Source: Candidatus Muiribacteriota bacterium
Lineage (GTDB): Bacteria; Muiribacteriota; Muiribacteriia; Muiribacteriales; Muiribacteriaceae
Direction: 5' to 3'
Length of the DNA: 19,137 nucleotides
Assembly (NCBI GenBank): GCA_051747805.1
Contig: JBNJGP010000051.1
Location: 1 to 19,137 of the forward strand
Shown: in pieces, positions 7,787-15,831 of the stretch
Layout of the letters: every line of letters begins with the position of its first letter
How positions within the stretch are numbered: position 1 is the first letter of the stretch
Notes under the pieces: generated by a model
Seen by the model: the letters and a program-made list of their open reading frames with translations, nothing else
Told to the model about the DNA's origin: nothing
Database searches by the model: none
Program-made: the position numbers and the translations under genes

Positions 7787-10700
7787 TTATTCAGCTTCTT
7801 TTGTTTTTTCTCCATCGTCTTCTTTATTAATAGAACAGTCCATTTTTTCGGCAAGTTGTTTATAAAGATTATATCTTGCATTAACTCTCTTTTGAGCCAA
7901 TTTTGATAGTTTTTCAGCTCTTTCAGGATACTGTTTTTTAACAACATTGTATCTGTTTTCTTTTGAAATATAATCTTCAAGAGAAATAGAAGGTGCTTTT
8001 GAATCAAGCTGTAATGGATTTTTTCCTTCAAGACTTAACTCAGGATTAAATCTATATAGTGGCCAGTGTCCCGAAGCAACAGCTTTCTTTTGAGCATCTA
8101 CGCCCTCACCCATATTTTTTATTCCGTGAGCAATACAATGTGCATAAGCAATAATAAGAGATGGGCCATTATATCTTTCAGCCTCAATAAACGCCTTTAT
8201 ACATTGTGATGGATTCGCAAGTGAAACTTTAGCCACATAAATATGCCCATAAGTCATTGCAATCATTCCAAGGTCTTTCTTTTCAATTCCTTTACCAGCA
8301 GCAGCAAATTTAGCAGCAGCTCCAATAGGAGTGGCTTTTGAAGATTGTCCACCAGTATTTGAATAAACCTCTGTATCAACAACAAGTACGTTTATATTTT
8401 CATCACTTGCAAGAACATGGTCGAGTCCACCGTAGCCAATATCATAAGCCCAGCCGTCACCACCTAAAACCCAGTTGGATTTTTTAACAAGATAGCTTGC
8501 AACTGAATCAAGAGTTTTAGCATCTTCACTGTTAACTTCTTTTAGTTTAGCATAAAGTTTTTCAACTCTTGCCCTCTGTTGTTCAATTTCTGCCTGAGTA
8601 TTTTGAGGAGCAGTTTTCAGTTCATTAACAAGGTCTGAACCAATTTCATTTTTCATTTTTTCAAGCATTTCAAATGCAATATCTGTATTTTTATTAACAG
8701 CGAGTTTCATACCATAACCAAATTCTGCATTGTCCTCAAAAAGTGAGTTACTCCAGGTTGTTCCTTTTCCATCTGGTCTTTGTGTATATGGAGTCGTTGG
8801 AAGATTTCCACCATAAATAGATGTACATCCTGTTGCATTAGCAATTAGAGCTCTGTCACCAAAAAGTTGTGTAAGCAACCTAACATACGGAGTTTCGCCA
8901 CAACCAGCGCAGGCACCAGAGAATTCAAACATATGAGGTGCAAGCTGTATATTTCTTAATGTATTTTTTTCAAGTTCTTCATAAGAAAGCTCTGGAAGAG
9001 TTTCAAAGAATCTATAATTAGCAGCTTCCTGTTCTCTTAAAGGAGGTTGAGGATGCATACTTATAGCTTTTTTAGCCTTCATCGGACAGTTATGAACACA
9101 AGCCCCGCAACCAGTACAATCCTCAGGAGCCACCTGTAAAACAAACTGTTTATCTTTATAACCCTGAATTTTTGATTGTGTATGTTTAAATGTTTCAGGA
9201 GCACCATCTAAATCATCTGAGTCACATACTTTCATTCTAATTACAGCATGAGGACACATGAAAGAACAAATTCCACATTGAATACAAGTAGAAGGCTCCC
9301 ATACAGGAATATTAATGGCAATATTTCTTTTTTCCAATTTTGTTGTGCCAAGTGGATAAGTTCCATCTACTGGGAAAGCTGACACAGGCAATTCATCACC
9401 TTTCTGTGAAATAAGATTACAAGTAGTTTCTTTCCAGAACTGTGGAATACCTTCGGGCACTGTGCATGCATTAACATGAGTGTTGCTTGTAACTTTCTGA
9501 GGCAGGGTTAATTCAAATAAATTTTTAACTGTATTATCAACAGCGTCTTTATTCATTTGAACAACTTTATCTCCAGCTTTACCATAAGTTTTTTCAATAG
9601 CTTTTTTAATATGATTTAAAGCTTCATCAAAAGGAATTACATTTGAAATTTTAAAGAAAGCTGTCTGCATTATTGTATTAATTCTTCCAGCCATTCCAAC
9701 TTTTTCTGCAATATCTACAGCATTAACTGCGAATATTTTAGCCTCTTTTTCAATAAGAATCTTTTGTGTTTCGACTGGGAATTCATCCCATATCTCATCT
9801 TTTGAAAACTGCGTATTTACCAGAAATGTTCCACCTTTTTTTAGGAATTTAACCATATCATATTTTTCAAGGAAAGAAGCGTTATGACACGCAACAAGAT
9901 CGGCCTCGCCTTCCTCAATAAGATATGAACTTCTTAAAGGTTTGTCAGAGAATCTTAAATGAGAAACAGTAACCGCACCTGCTTTTTTAGAATCATAAAC
10001 AAAATATGCATTAATATACTTATCTGTTTCTTCGCCAATAATTTTTGCAGAGTTTTTATTTGCACCAACAGTACCATCAGAACCAAGGCCATAAAACATA
10101 GCACTTATAACACCAGGTTTTTCTGTTCGATAATCTTCTTCATACGGAAGACTTCTGTTAGTTACATCATCTTTTATTCCAACAGAGAAATTTCTAATAG
10201 GTTCATCTTTATCAAGATTATCAAAAACACCTTTTGCCATAGCTGGAGTAAAGTCTTTAGAACCAAGACCAAATCTTCCGCCAACAACAAGAGGAATTTC
10301 TGAACAGGCCATTTTATTATTTTGATAGGCTTCTGAAACAAAAGCAGAAATATCAGTAAATAAAGGTTCTCCTACAGCCCCTGCTTCTTTAGTTCTTTCA
10401 AGAACCGCAATTTTTTTAACTGAAGCAGGAAGAGCCTCAAGAATTTGCTCTTTTGGAAAAGGTCTATAAAGTCTAACTTTTAAAACTCCAACTTTTTCCC
10501 CTTTATTAACCAAATCTTCAACAGTTTCATGTACTACATCAGCACCGGATGCCATTACTGCAATTACTTTTTCAGCATCTTCTGCTCCTTCATATTCAAC
10601 GAGTTTATACTGTCTGCCGGTGATGTCGGCAAATCTATCCATAGCTTTTTGAGTGATTTCAGGACATTTATCATAAAATTTATTTATACTTTCTCTATGT

Positions 10701-11383
10701 TGAAAAAACACATCAGGATTTTGTGATGTCCCCTTAATTGTTGGTTTTTCAGGGTTAAGAGCTCTTTCTTTATGTGCCCTTACAGTTTCATCATCAATCA
10801 TTTTTTTCATATCATCATGGGTAAGTTCTTCCACTTTTTGTATTTCGTGAGAAGTTCTAAATCCATCAAAGAAATGAATAAAAGGCACTCTTGACTCAAG
10901 AGAAGCTGCCTGAGAAATTAAGGCAAAGTCCATAACTTCTTGTGGATTAGCCGATGCAAGAAGCCCCCAGCCTGTTCCACGACAGGTCATAACATCAGAG
11001 TGTTCTGCAAATATTGAAAGAGCATGTGTTGCAACCGCTCTTGCGCTTACATGAAATACTGAAGGAGTAAGTTCTCCAGCAATTTTATACATATTAGGAA
11101 TCATTAGAAGCAAACCCTGAGATGCTGTAAAAGTAGTTGTCAAAGCACCTGCTGTTAAAGCACCATGAACTGAACCAGAAGCGCCGCCCTCAGATTGTAG
11201 TTCAGATACAGTCGGGATTGTTCCCCAGATATTTTTTTCACCTTTAGCACTTTTTTCATCTGAAATTTCACCCATACCAGATGATGGTGTTATCGGGTAT
11301 ATTGCTATAACTTCGTTTGTAGCATGAGCTACATGAGCTGCAGCACTATTACCGTCAATTGTAATTTTTTTCTTTTCAGCCAT
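7787..11383 (-). CDS. nifJ: Pyruvate:ferredoxin (flavodoxin) oxidoreductase, single-chain type
   Basis: AIYPITPS, GLGSDGTVGANK, CIQCGICSFMCP, CTGCGACVHNCP, SGACAGCGET and GGDGWAYDIG TPP motif; GGAGG ribosome-binding site. Confidence 0.98.
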   Translation of the reverse strand: MAEKKKITIDGNSAAAHVAHATNEVIAIYPITPSSGMGEISDEKSAKGEKNIWGTIPTVSELQSEGGASGSVHGALTAGALTTTFTASQGLLLMIPNMYKIAGELTPSVFHVSARAVATHALSIFAEHSDVMTCRGTGWGLLASANPQEVMDFALISQAASLESRVPFIHFFDGFRTSHEIQKVEELTHDDMKKMIDDETVRAHKERALNPEKPTIKGTSQNPDVFFQHRESINKFYDKCPEITQKAMDRFADITGRQYKLVEYEGAEDAEKVIAVMASGADVVHETVEDLVNKGEKVGVLKVRLYRPFPKEQILEALPASVKKIAVLERTKEAGAVGEPLFTDISAFVSEAYQNNKMACSEIPLVVGGRFGLGSKDFTPAMAKGVFDNLDKDEPIRNFSVGIKDDVTNRSLPYEEDYRTEKPGVISAMFYGLGSDGTVGANKNSAKIIGEETDKYINAYFVYDSKKAGAVTVSHLRFSDKPLRSSYLIEEGEADLVACHNASFLEKYDMVKFLKKGGTFLVNTQFSKDEIWDEFPVETQKILIEKEAKIFAVNAVDIAEKVGMAGRINTIMQTAFFKISNVIPFDEALNHIKKAIEKTYGKAGDKVVQMNKDAVDNTVKNLFELTLPQKVTSNTHVNACTVPEGIPQFWKETTCNLISQKGDELPVSAFPVDGTYPLGTTKLEKRNIAINIPVWEPSTCIQCGICSFMCPHAVIRMKVCDSDDLDGAPETFKHTQSKIQGYKDKQFVLQVAPEDCTGCGACVHNCPMKAKKAISMHPQPPLREQEAANYRFFETLPELSYEELEKNTLRNIQLAPHMFEFSGACAGCGETPYVRLLTQLFGDRALIANATGCTSIYGGNLPTTPYTQRPDGKGTTWSNSLFEDNAEFGYGMKLAVNKNTDIAFEMLEKMKNEIGSDLVNELKTAPQNTQAEIEQQRARVEKLYAKLKEVNSEDAKTLDSVASYLVKKSNWVLGGDGWAYDIGYGGLDHVLASDENINVLVVDTEVYSNTGGQSSKATPIGAAAKFAAAGKGIEKKDLGMIAMTYGHIYVAKVSLANPSQCIKAFIEAERYNGPSLIIAYAHCIAHGIKNMGEGVDAQKKAVASGHWPLYRFNPELSLEGKNPLQLDSKAPSISLEDYISKENRYNVVKKQYPERAEKLSKLAQKRVNARYNLYKQLAEKMDCSINKEDDGEKTKEAE

Positions 11384-11421
11384 TAATTTTCCTCCTAGAG
11401 TATAGTTAAAAATTATGCTTT

Positions 11422-11450
11422 AATATAACCGATAAATATTTTAAAGTCAA
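11422..11450 (-). promoter_or_regulatory. Putative sigma70-type promoter of PFOR
   Basis: Minus strand TTGACT-N17-TATATT about 40 bp upstream of the ATG. Confidence 0.7.
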
Positions 11451-11464
11451 ATTAAGAAAACTTG

Positions 11465-11479
11465 TGAGAGCAATTCTCA
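11465..11479. promoter_or_regulatory. Possible Fur-family operator
   Basis: TGAGAGC-A-ATTCTCA, two mismatches from the 7-1-7 Fur-box variant TGAGAAT-N-ATTCTCA, 14 bp upstream of the -35. Confidence 0.35.
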
Positions 11480-11504
11480 ATGAAATATAGAAAATCCTTG
11501 ATTT

Positions 11505-11567
11505 GATGGGGTCTGAGCCGACATCACTTTGCGAAAAAGCAAAGTGTGTAGGTCTGACCACTCGCTC
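11505..11567. repeat. REP-like cluster
   Basis: ATGGGGTCTGAGCCGA (11506-11521; 15/16 to the reverse complement of 13623-13638), hairpin CACTTTGC-N6-GCAAAGTG (11525-11546), and TGTAGGTCTGACCAC (cf. TGTAAGCCTGACCAC at 79-93). Confidence 0.65.
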
Positions 11568-11570
11568 TTT

Positions 11571-11725
11571 AGTTAAAATCAACCACTACAAAAATCACAA
11601 AAAACCGCTTTATAAAGAGGTTTTTTTCTTTTATTGGGTTTAGCTTACATATTGAAGTACTGTCAATATGCTGTATATACGCTCTTAGATTTTTTTGCGA
11701 TTTTGTTCCGTGATTAATTTTAACT
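11571..11725. repeat. 155-bp element with imperfect ~35-bp terminal inverted repeats (MITE/REPIN-like)
   Basis: 11571-11604 versus reverse complement of 11691-11725: about 28/35 identical by manual alignment; internal hairpin near 11599-11626. Confidence 0.55.
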
Positions 11726-11848
11726 TTTTGTATTAAAAGCATATGATTTTTCTATGGTTTTGCTGTCGCCCCGGTGATGTTTTATGCCGGGGTCCAGCTC
11801 TAGGTTTTGCATTTAATTTTATAGCTTTTGCTTCAAGCACGTTTTTAT

Positions 11849-11928
11849 CATCACTAGAAAGTGCTAACTTTCGGTCACTAACGAGCTTTAGCGAGTGGTC
11901 ACTAGAACTCTATAGAGTTCGGTCACGG
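11849..11928. repeat. Linker-palindrome array C, exact 24-bp period
   Basis: CATCACTA / GAAAGTgctaACTTTC / GGTCACTA / ACgaGCTttAGCgaGT / GGTCACTA / GAACTCTATAGAGTTC / GGTCACGG. Confidence 0.9.
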
Positions 11929-11973
11929 CTCTTACATTATTTCTTGCCTAAGACAATAACTACTCTTACCCCT

Positions 11974-13116
11974 TTACACCACATTAACATCAACATCAAG
12001 CTCCATGTTTTCAAACCTGTCCAAGGATAAATTCTTCATTTCTTCAGATATTTTATTACTTATAATAAAATCTGTCAGATGCTGTGCCACTCTGGGTGCC
12101 AACATAAATCCATGTCCGGAAAACCCTACAGCCTGTATGAAATTACTGAAATGCTCTGCAGGGCCTAGTATAGGCTGGGCATCTGGAGTTACGGCATAAA
12201 GACCTGCCCATTGTCTTACAATTGAAACGTCTTTTAAAACAGGCATTATTGAACTTACTTTTCGGGTTACTTCGGTAATAAATTTAAAACTGCCTTCTAC
12301 ATTAAAACTTGATGGTTCATCTGGATCACCCTGCCCCATAAGTATACCGCCATTTAGTTCCTGTCTAAAATATATATGATGATATAGTGAAATTATTAAT
12401 GGTGAAAAAATTGGATTTACAGGTTCTGTTACAAGGATTTCATGCCTGTATGGTTTAACTGGTATATCAATACCCAGCATTTTAGCTATAAGATGCGAAT
12501 GGCCTCCAGCAGCATTCACAACTGTATCTGTTAAAATTTTACCTCTATTTGTGTTAACAGCCTTAATTTTATCATTATGAGAATCAATAGAAACCACCTC
12601 GGTATCAAGAAAAAATCTAACCCCGTTTTCTTTTGCTTTTTTTGCATAGGCCTGAGTCACATAAAAAGGATTGGCATGACCATCTTTTGGACAGAAAGTA
12701 GCACCTTTTACACCTTCAATATTTAAATGAGGGACAATTTTTAATACTTCAGAGGGTTCCAGCATTTTAACATCCAGTCCCAGACTCTGCTGAAGCTTCA
12801 CATTTTTTTCAAACTGCTTTATATTTTCATCTGTATAGGCCAGCATCATATAACCACCCTGAAAATATTCAGTATTGTAATCCAGTTCGCTGTCTATACG
12901 CTCAAATATATCAACTGATTCATGGGCAAATTTTATATTCATCGGAGTTGACCACTGCTGTCTTATACCGCCACCGCATCTTCCCGTCGCGCCGGAGGCA
13001 AGAAAGTTTTTTTCAACAACAACTATATCTTTAAGCCCTGATTTTGAAAGCTCATATGCTAAAGCACAACCATTTATTCCTCCGCCAATAATTACACAAG
13101 AAGCACTTTTTAACAT
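11974..13116 (-). CDS. FAD-dependent amino-acid oxidoreductase, DAO family (dye-linked proline dehydrogenase / sarcosine oxidase beta-like)
   Basis: IIGGGING Rossmann motif, SGATGRCGGGIRQQW, WAGLYAVTPDAQPILG, GFSGHGFMLAP. Confidence 0.92.
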   Translation of the reverse strand: MLKSASCVIIGGGINGCALAYELSKSGLKDIVVVEKNFLASGATGRCGGGIRQQWSTPMNIKFAHESVDIFERIDSELDYNTEYFQGGYMMLAYTDENIKQFEKNVKLQQSLGLDVKMLEPSEVLKIVPHLNIEGVKGATFCPKDGHANPFYVTQAYAKKAKENGVRFFLDTEVVSIDSHNDKIKAVNTNRGKILTDTVVNAAGGHSHLIAKMLGIDIPVKPYRHEILVTEPVNPIFSPLIISLYHHIYFRQELNGGILMGQGDPDEPSSFNVEGSFKFITEVTRKVSSIMPVLKDVSIVRQWAGLYAVTPDAQPILGPAEHFSNFIQAVGFSGHGFMLAPRVAQHLTDFIISNKISEEMKNLSLDRFENMELDVDVNVV

Positions 13117-13394
13117 TAGTTTCCTCCAAATTTAGCATATTTTTCGAGTTTAACAGTTTTTGCAGGCTGTCTCGGAGTAGCCGGCTTAATTTCTTCATAA
13201 GGTATTCCTAACTCACTTGAAATAATCTGGGCAATTAATTTACCACAAGTTTTCCCCTGACAATGACCCATTCCAAATCTTTTAACTCTTTTTATTTCCT
13301 CAACTGATTTAAGCCCAAGTTTATGTATTGCCTCTTTTACATCTGCAAGAGTTCCTTCCTCACATCTACATATAATTATGTTATCATCTTTCAT
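13116..13394 (-). CDS. BFD-like [2Fe-2S]-binding small subunit
   Basis: IICRCEE...EEIKRVKRFGMGHCQGKTC...RQPA; TAATG coupling to the next gene; AGGAGG ribosome-binding site. Confidence 0.9.
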   Translation of the reverse strand: MKDDNIIICRCEEGTLADVKEAIHKLGLKSVEEIKRVKRFGMGHCQGKTCGKLIAQIISSELGIPYEEIKPATPRQPAKTVKLEKYAKFGGN

Positions 13395-13433
13395 ATATTC
13401 CTCCTGAATCTATCTGCTTTTATCTGCTACGCA

Positions 13434-13521
13434 GGTAAAAAGCCTTCGGCTTAGTTAAATCACCTAAAGGTGATAGTAAAGTTATCTAACGATAACAGTA
13501 AATGGTCTGCGACCAAGTAAT
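13434..13521. repeat. Linker-palindrome array B (inverted copy of array A)
   Basis: GGTAAA / AAGCCttcGGCTT / AGTTAA / ATCACCTaaAGGTGAT / AGTAAA / GTTATCtaacGATAAC / AGTAAA / TGGTCtgcGACCA / AGTAAT. Confidence 0.93.
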
Positions 13522-13574
13522 AATGTGAGAGCTGTTTTCAGCAGCGAACAGAGTGTGTTAGCAACAAAAGCAAA

Positions 13575-13676
13575 GTCACTAGATACCGGGTCAAGCCGAC
13601 CTCTGTAAGCTTAAGCTCGGGCTCGGCACAGACCCCATACTCCGGTCGTTTACTGCTGGATTCATCCAGCTTCACT
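13575..13676. repeat. REP-like doublet plus a solo linker-palindrome unit
   Basis: GTCACTA (13575-13581), GGGTCAAGCCGACC (13588-13601), AGCTTAAGCT (13608-13617), TCGGCACAGACCCCAT (13623-13638), then TTTACT / GCTGGAttcaTCCAGC / TTCACT (13649-13676). Confidence 0.75.
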
Positions 13677-13680
13677 TTTT

Positions 13681-14166
13681 TTAATCGGCTTTTCTTATAT
13701 GCCTCACCTCATTCACCAATTCTTTGGGGACTTCTACTGTTATTAGCGGGGTGTTCTCAAAAGCTTTATTTACCTTAACTTTTAGCACTTTACCTTCACC
13801 AACTTCCTTTCCTTTGCGATTTAATAGAAAAACTTTATTTTCTTCTTCCGGCAGAGGCATGAATTCATAAGGAAGTATAACGGCCCCGCTTTTTTCTGTA
13901 TAATTAGGATTAATCATAAATATTGCAAGACCCGGACACTTTCCAACGCAAATAGTGCAGGCATTACATTTATTATAATCTATATCTGGCAGATTGGTAA
14001 TATCTCCCTTTACAGTAATTGCTTTTGTCGGACATGAATAATCACAGGGGTTGCAGGGTATTTTTTCAATACATTCAATTACGGGAAAGAATTTATTTGA
14101 TTTTTTCCAGTTTTCTGGAAGTTTTACTAAATCCATATTAATAATTCCATTTTTTTTATAGCTCAT
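13681..14166 (-). CDS. [4Fe-4S] ferredoxin-type subunit
   Basis: CIEKIPCNPCDYSCP and CNACTICVGKCP; LPYEFMPLP C-terminal domain. Confidence 0.92.
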   Translation of the reverse strand: MSYKKNGIINMDLVKLPENWKKSNKFFPVIECIEKIPCNPCDYSCPTKAITVKGDITNLPDIDYNKCNACTICVGKCPGLAIFMINPNYTEKSGAVILPYEFMPLPEEENKVFLLNRKGKEVGEGKVLKVKVNKAFENTPLITVEVPKELVNEVRHIRKAD

Positions 14167-15255
14167 TTATTTATCCTCCAGAAATATTTTTTTCTTTCCA
14201 GAAGCAGCTTTTTCACCAAAAGGGCCTGTTCTAAGACTTTTTAATTCAAACTCAATATGTTCTACAGCATTTATAAATTCACTTCTATTAAATTTTTCAA
14301 TATCATAGGCAGCCTTCAGGCCTGCAACTTTTCCTTCTAGCATAGCTGCAGACGCCTCTTCGATTCCGCTGGCGTCCCCGGCAACAAAAATACCCGGCAC
14401 GGTTGTTTCCATAAATTTATCATGATATGGAACATAACCACATAACTCTTTTGCGTATTTAATCTGACATCCTGCCTGATGAAGCAACTCTGTAGAGGGA
14501 GTAAGTCCAACAGCAAGACAAACCGTATCTAATTGAAGTTCTTTTTCGGTTCCAGATACTGGTACCCAGCCTGAACCAACCTCACATATAACAGCTTTCT
14601 CAACGCTGTCATTTCCATAAACACCTGTAATTGTGTGTTGAGTATAGATTGGAACCTGCATTCTTCTTAATTTAGCGGCATGAACATGATATCCCCCTAT
14701 ATATGGTGAGGCCTCGACAACAGCCTCTACTTCCACACCAGCCTGAAGAAGCTGATAAGAAACAATCAGACCAATATTTCCAGCCCCTATCATAAGTACT
14801 TTTTGAGCAGGTTTAACTCCATAAAGATTCATTAATGTCTGAACTGCACCAGCCCCATAAACTCCTGGCATATCGTTGTTTTCAAAGTTTATCATGTTTT
14901 CCATTGCCCCAGTTGCAAAAATAAACTTCTGCGCCTGGATTTTAATTAACTTTTCTCTGGTTTCCAGTATAAGAATATCAGGTTTATAAAAACCGACAGT
15001 AGATGTTTCTGGCATAAATGTTATTTTTTCGTTTTTAACTTTTTCCAGAAGCTCGTCACAGATTCTAACTCCGCGGACGGAGGCAAAATGATTTTTACTT
15101 CCGAAAAATTTATGTGTCTGTTTAGCCAGCTGTCCTCCGGGTTTAATATTTTCATCAACTATTAGTATTTTATCTGTATAATTTGAGGCCTCAACTGCGG
15201 CACATAATCCGGCGGGTCCTGCCCCGATTATAACTATATTGTATTTTTTATGCAT
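14167..15255 (-). CDS. NAD(P)/FAD-dependent oxidoreductase (alpha-subunit flavoprotein domain)
   Basis: IIGAGPAG, GGQLAKQTHKFFG, ATGA, IGAGNIG, TTVPGIFVAGD. Confidence 0.93.
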   Translation of the reverse strand: MHKKYNIVIIGAGPAGLCAAVEASNYTDKILIVDENIKPGGQLAKQTHKFFGSKNHFASVRGVRICDELLEKVKNEKITFMPETSTVGFYKPDILILETREKLIKIQAQKFIFATGAMENMINFENNDMPGVYGAGAVQTLMNLYGVKPAQKVLMIGAGNIGLIVSYQLLQAGVEVEAVVEASPYIGGYHVHAAKLRRMQVPIYTQHTITGVYGNDSVEKAVICEVGSGWVPVSGTEKELQLDTVCLAVGLTPSTELLHQAGCQIKYAKELCGYVPYHDKFMETTVPGIFVAGDASGIEEASAAMLEGKVAGLKAAYDIEKFNRSEFINAVEHIEFELKSLRTGPFGEKAASGKKKIFLEDK

Positions 15256-15574
15256 TTTTCACCCCCGGAAGGTTCCCCTTTTTGTTCTGATACTTAACTT
15301 TCATTCCTTTTTTTAAAGGTTCTATGCATGTTTTAATATTGGGTATTCCGTCCACCTGCATTAAACAGGCTGAACATTTTCCTATTGCGCAGAAAATTCC
15401 TCTTTTTCTATTCAGCTTCGGGGACTTTCTCAACACTTTTATATTATTGTCATGAAGAGCGGCTGCAATTGGTTCACCTTCATACCCATAAATTTTTTTG
15501 CCATTAAAAAAAAATTCCACTTTATTTTTTTTATTAAATTCAAAATTTAAAACAGGGTGATTTTTTAATCTCAT
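15248..15574 (-). CDS. [2Fe-2S]-binding protein (HcnA / SoxA N-terminal-like)
   Basis: GEPIAAAL...RGIFCAIGKCSACLMQVDGIPNIKTC; overlaps the next gene by 8 bp. Confidence 0.92.
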   Translation of the reverse strand: MRLKNHPVLNFEFNKKNKVEFFFNGKKIYGYEGEPIAAALHDNNIKVLRKSPKLNRKRGIFCAIGKCSACLMQVDGIPNIKTCIEPLKKGMKVKYQNKKGNLPGVKNA

Positions 15575-15613
15575 AATTCCCCCAGGGTTTTTTTAGAGTT
15601 TTTTTCTTTTTAT

Positions 15614-15642
15614 ATTATAATTTATTTTTTTTTAAATGACAA
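15614..15642 (-). promoter_or_regulatory. Putative sigma70-type promoter of the oxidoreductase operon
   Basis: Minus strand TTGTCA-N17-TATAAT about 40 bp upstream of the ATG at 15574. Confidence 0.75.
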
Positions 15643-15680
15643 TATTGATTTTCAACATTTCTAAATGAATTTTAACCTCT

Positions 15681-15822
15681 GGCTCTAATCTGTTTTTCTC
15701 GGCTTCTATCTGATTCTATCGGCTTTTGTCTGCTCTTGTCGGCCTTTCACTTCTCACTTCTCACGGCTCTTCTCTCACCTCTCACTTCTCACGGCTCTTC
15801 TCGGCTCTCATCAGCTCTTCTC
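15681..15822. repeat. Pyrimidine-rich degenerate tandem repeat (10-mers with an embedded 7-mer block)
   Basis: 10-mers GGCTCTAATC/TGTTTTTCTC/GGCTTCTATC/TGATTCTATC/GGCTTTTGTC/TGCTCTTGTC; 15747-15802 is 2 x 28 bp built of TCACTTC, TCACTTC, TCACGGC, TCTTCTC (one mismatch); 10-mers resume at 15803. Confidence 0.9.
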
Positions 15823-15831
15823 AGGCAATTT

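Noticed and set aside
7747..8031. Minus-strand 94-aa ORF
   Set aside because: Alternative frame within the PFOR 3' end; PFOR is complete without any frameshift.
11462..11480. Rex operator (TTGTGA...TCTCAA)
   Set aside because: Spans 19 bp rather than the 18-bp Rex consensus and has half-site mismatches; a Fur-like reading fits better.
11849..11928. CRISPR array
   Set aside because: The constant part is only 6-8 nt, the variable part is 13-21 nt and itself palindromic, and no cas genes are in the window.
11743..12030. Plus-strand 95-aa ORF
   Set aside because: Runs through palindromic repeats, overlaps a real gene antisense and has no recognisable motif.
1..13507. Composite transposon or invertible segment bounded by the 74-bp inverted copies
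   Set aside because: No transposase or recombinase is present, genes inside and to the right are co-oriented, and the right copy lies in the middle of an intact operon.
13395..13680. tRNA, riboswitch or other known ncRNA
   Set aside because: No cloverleaf, T-loop or aptamer consensus recognised by eye; an Infernal/Rfam scan is needed to exclude it formally.
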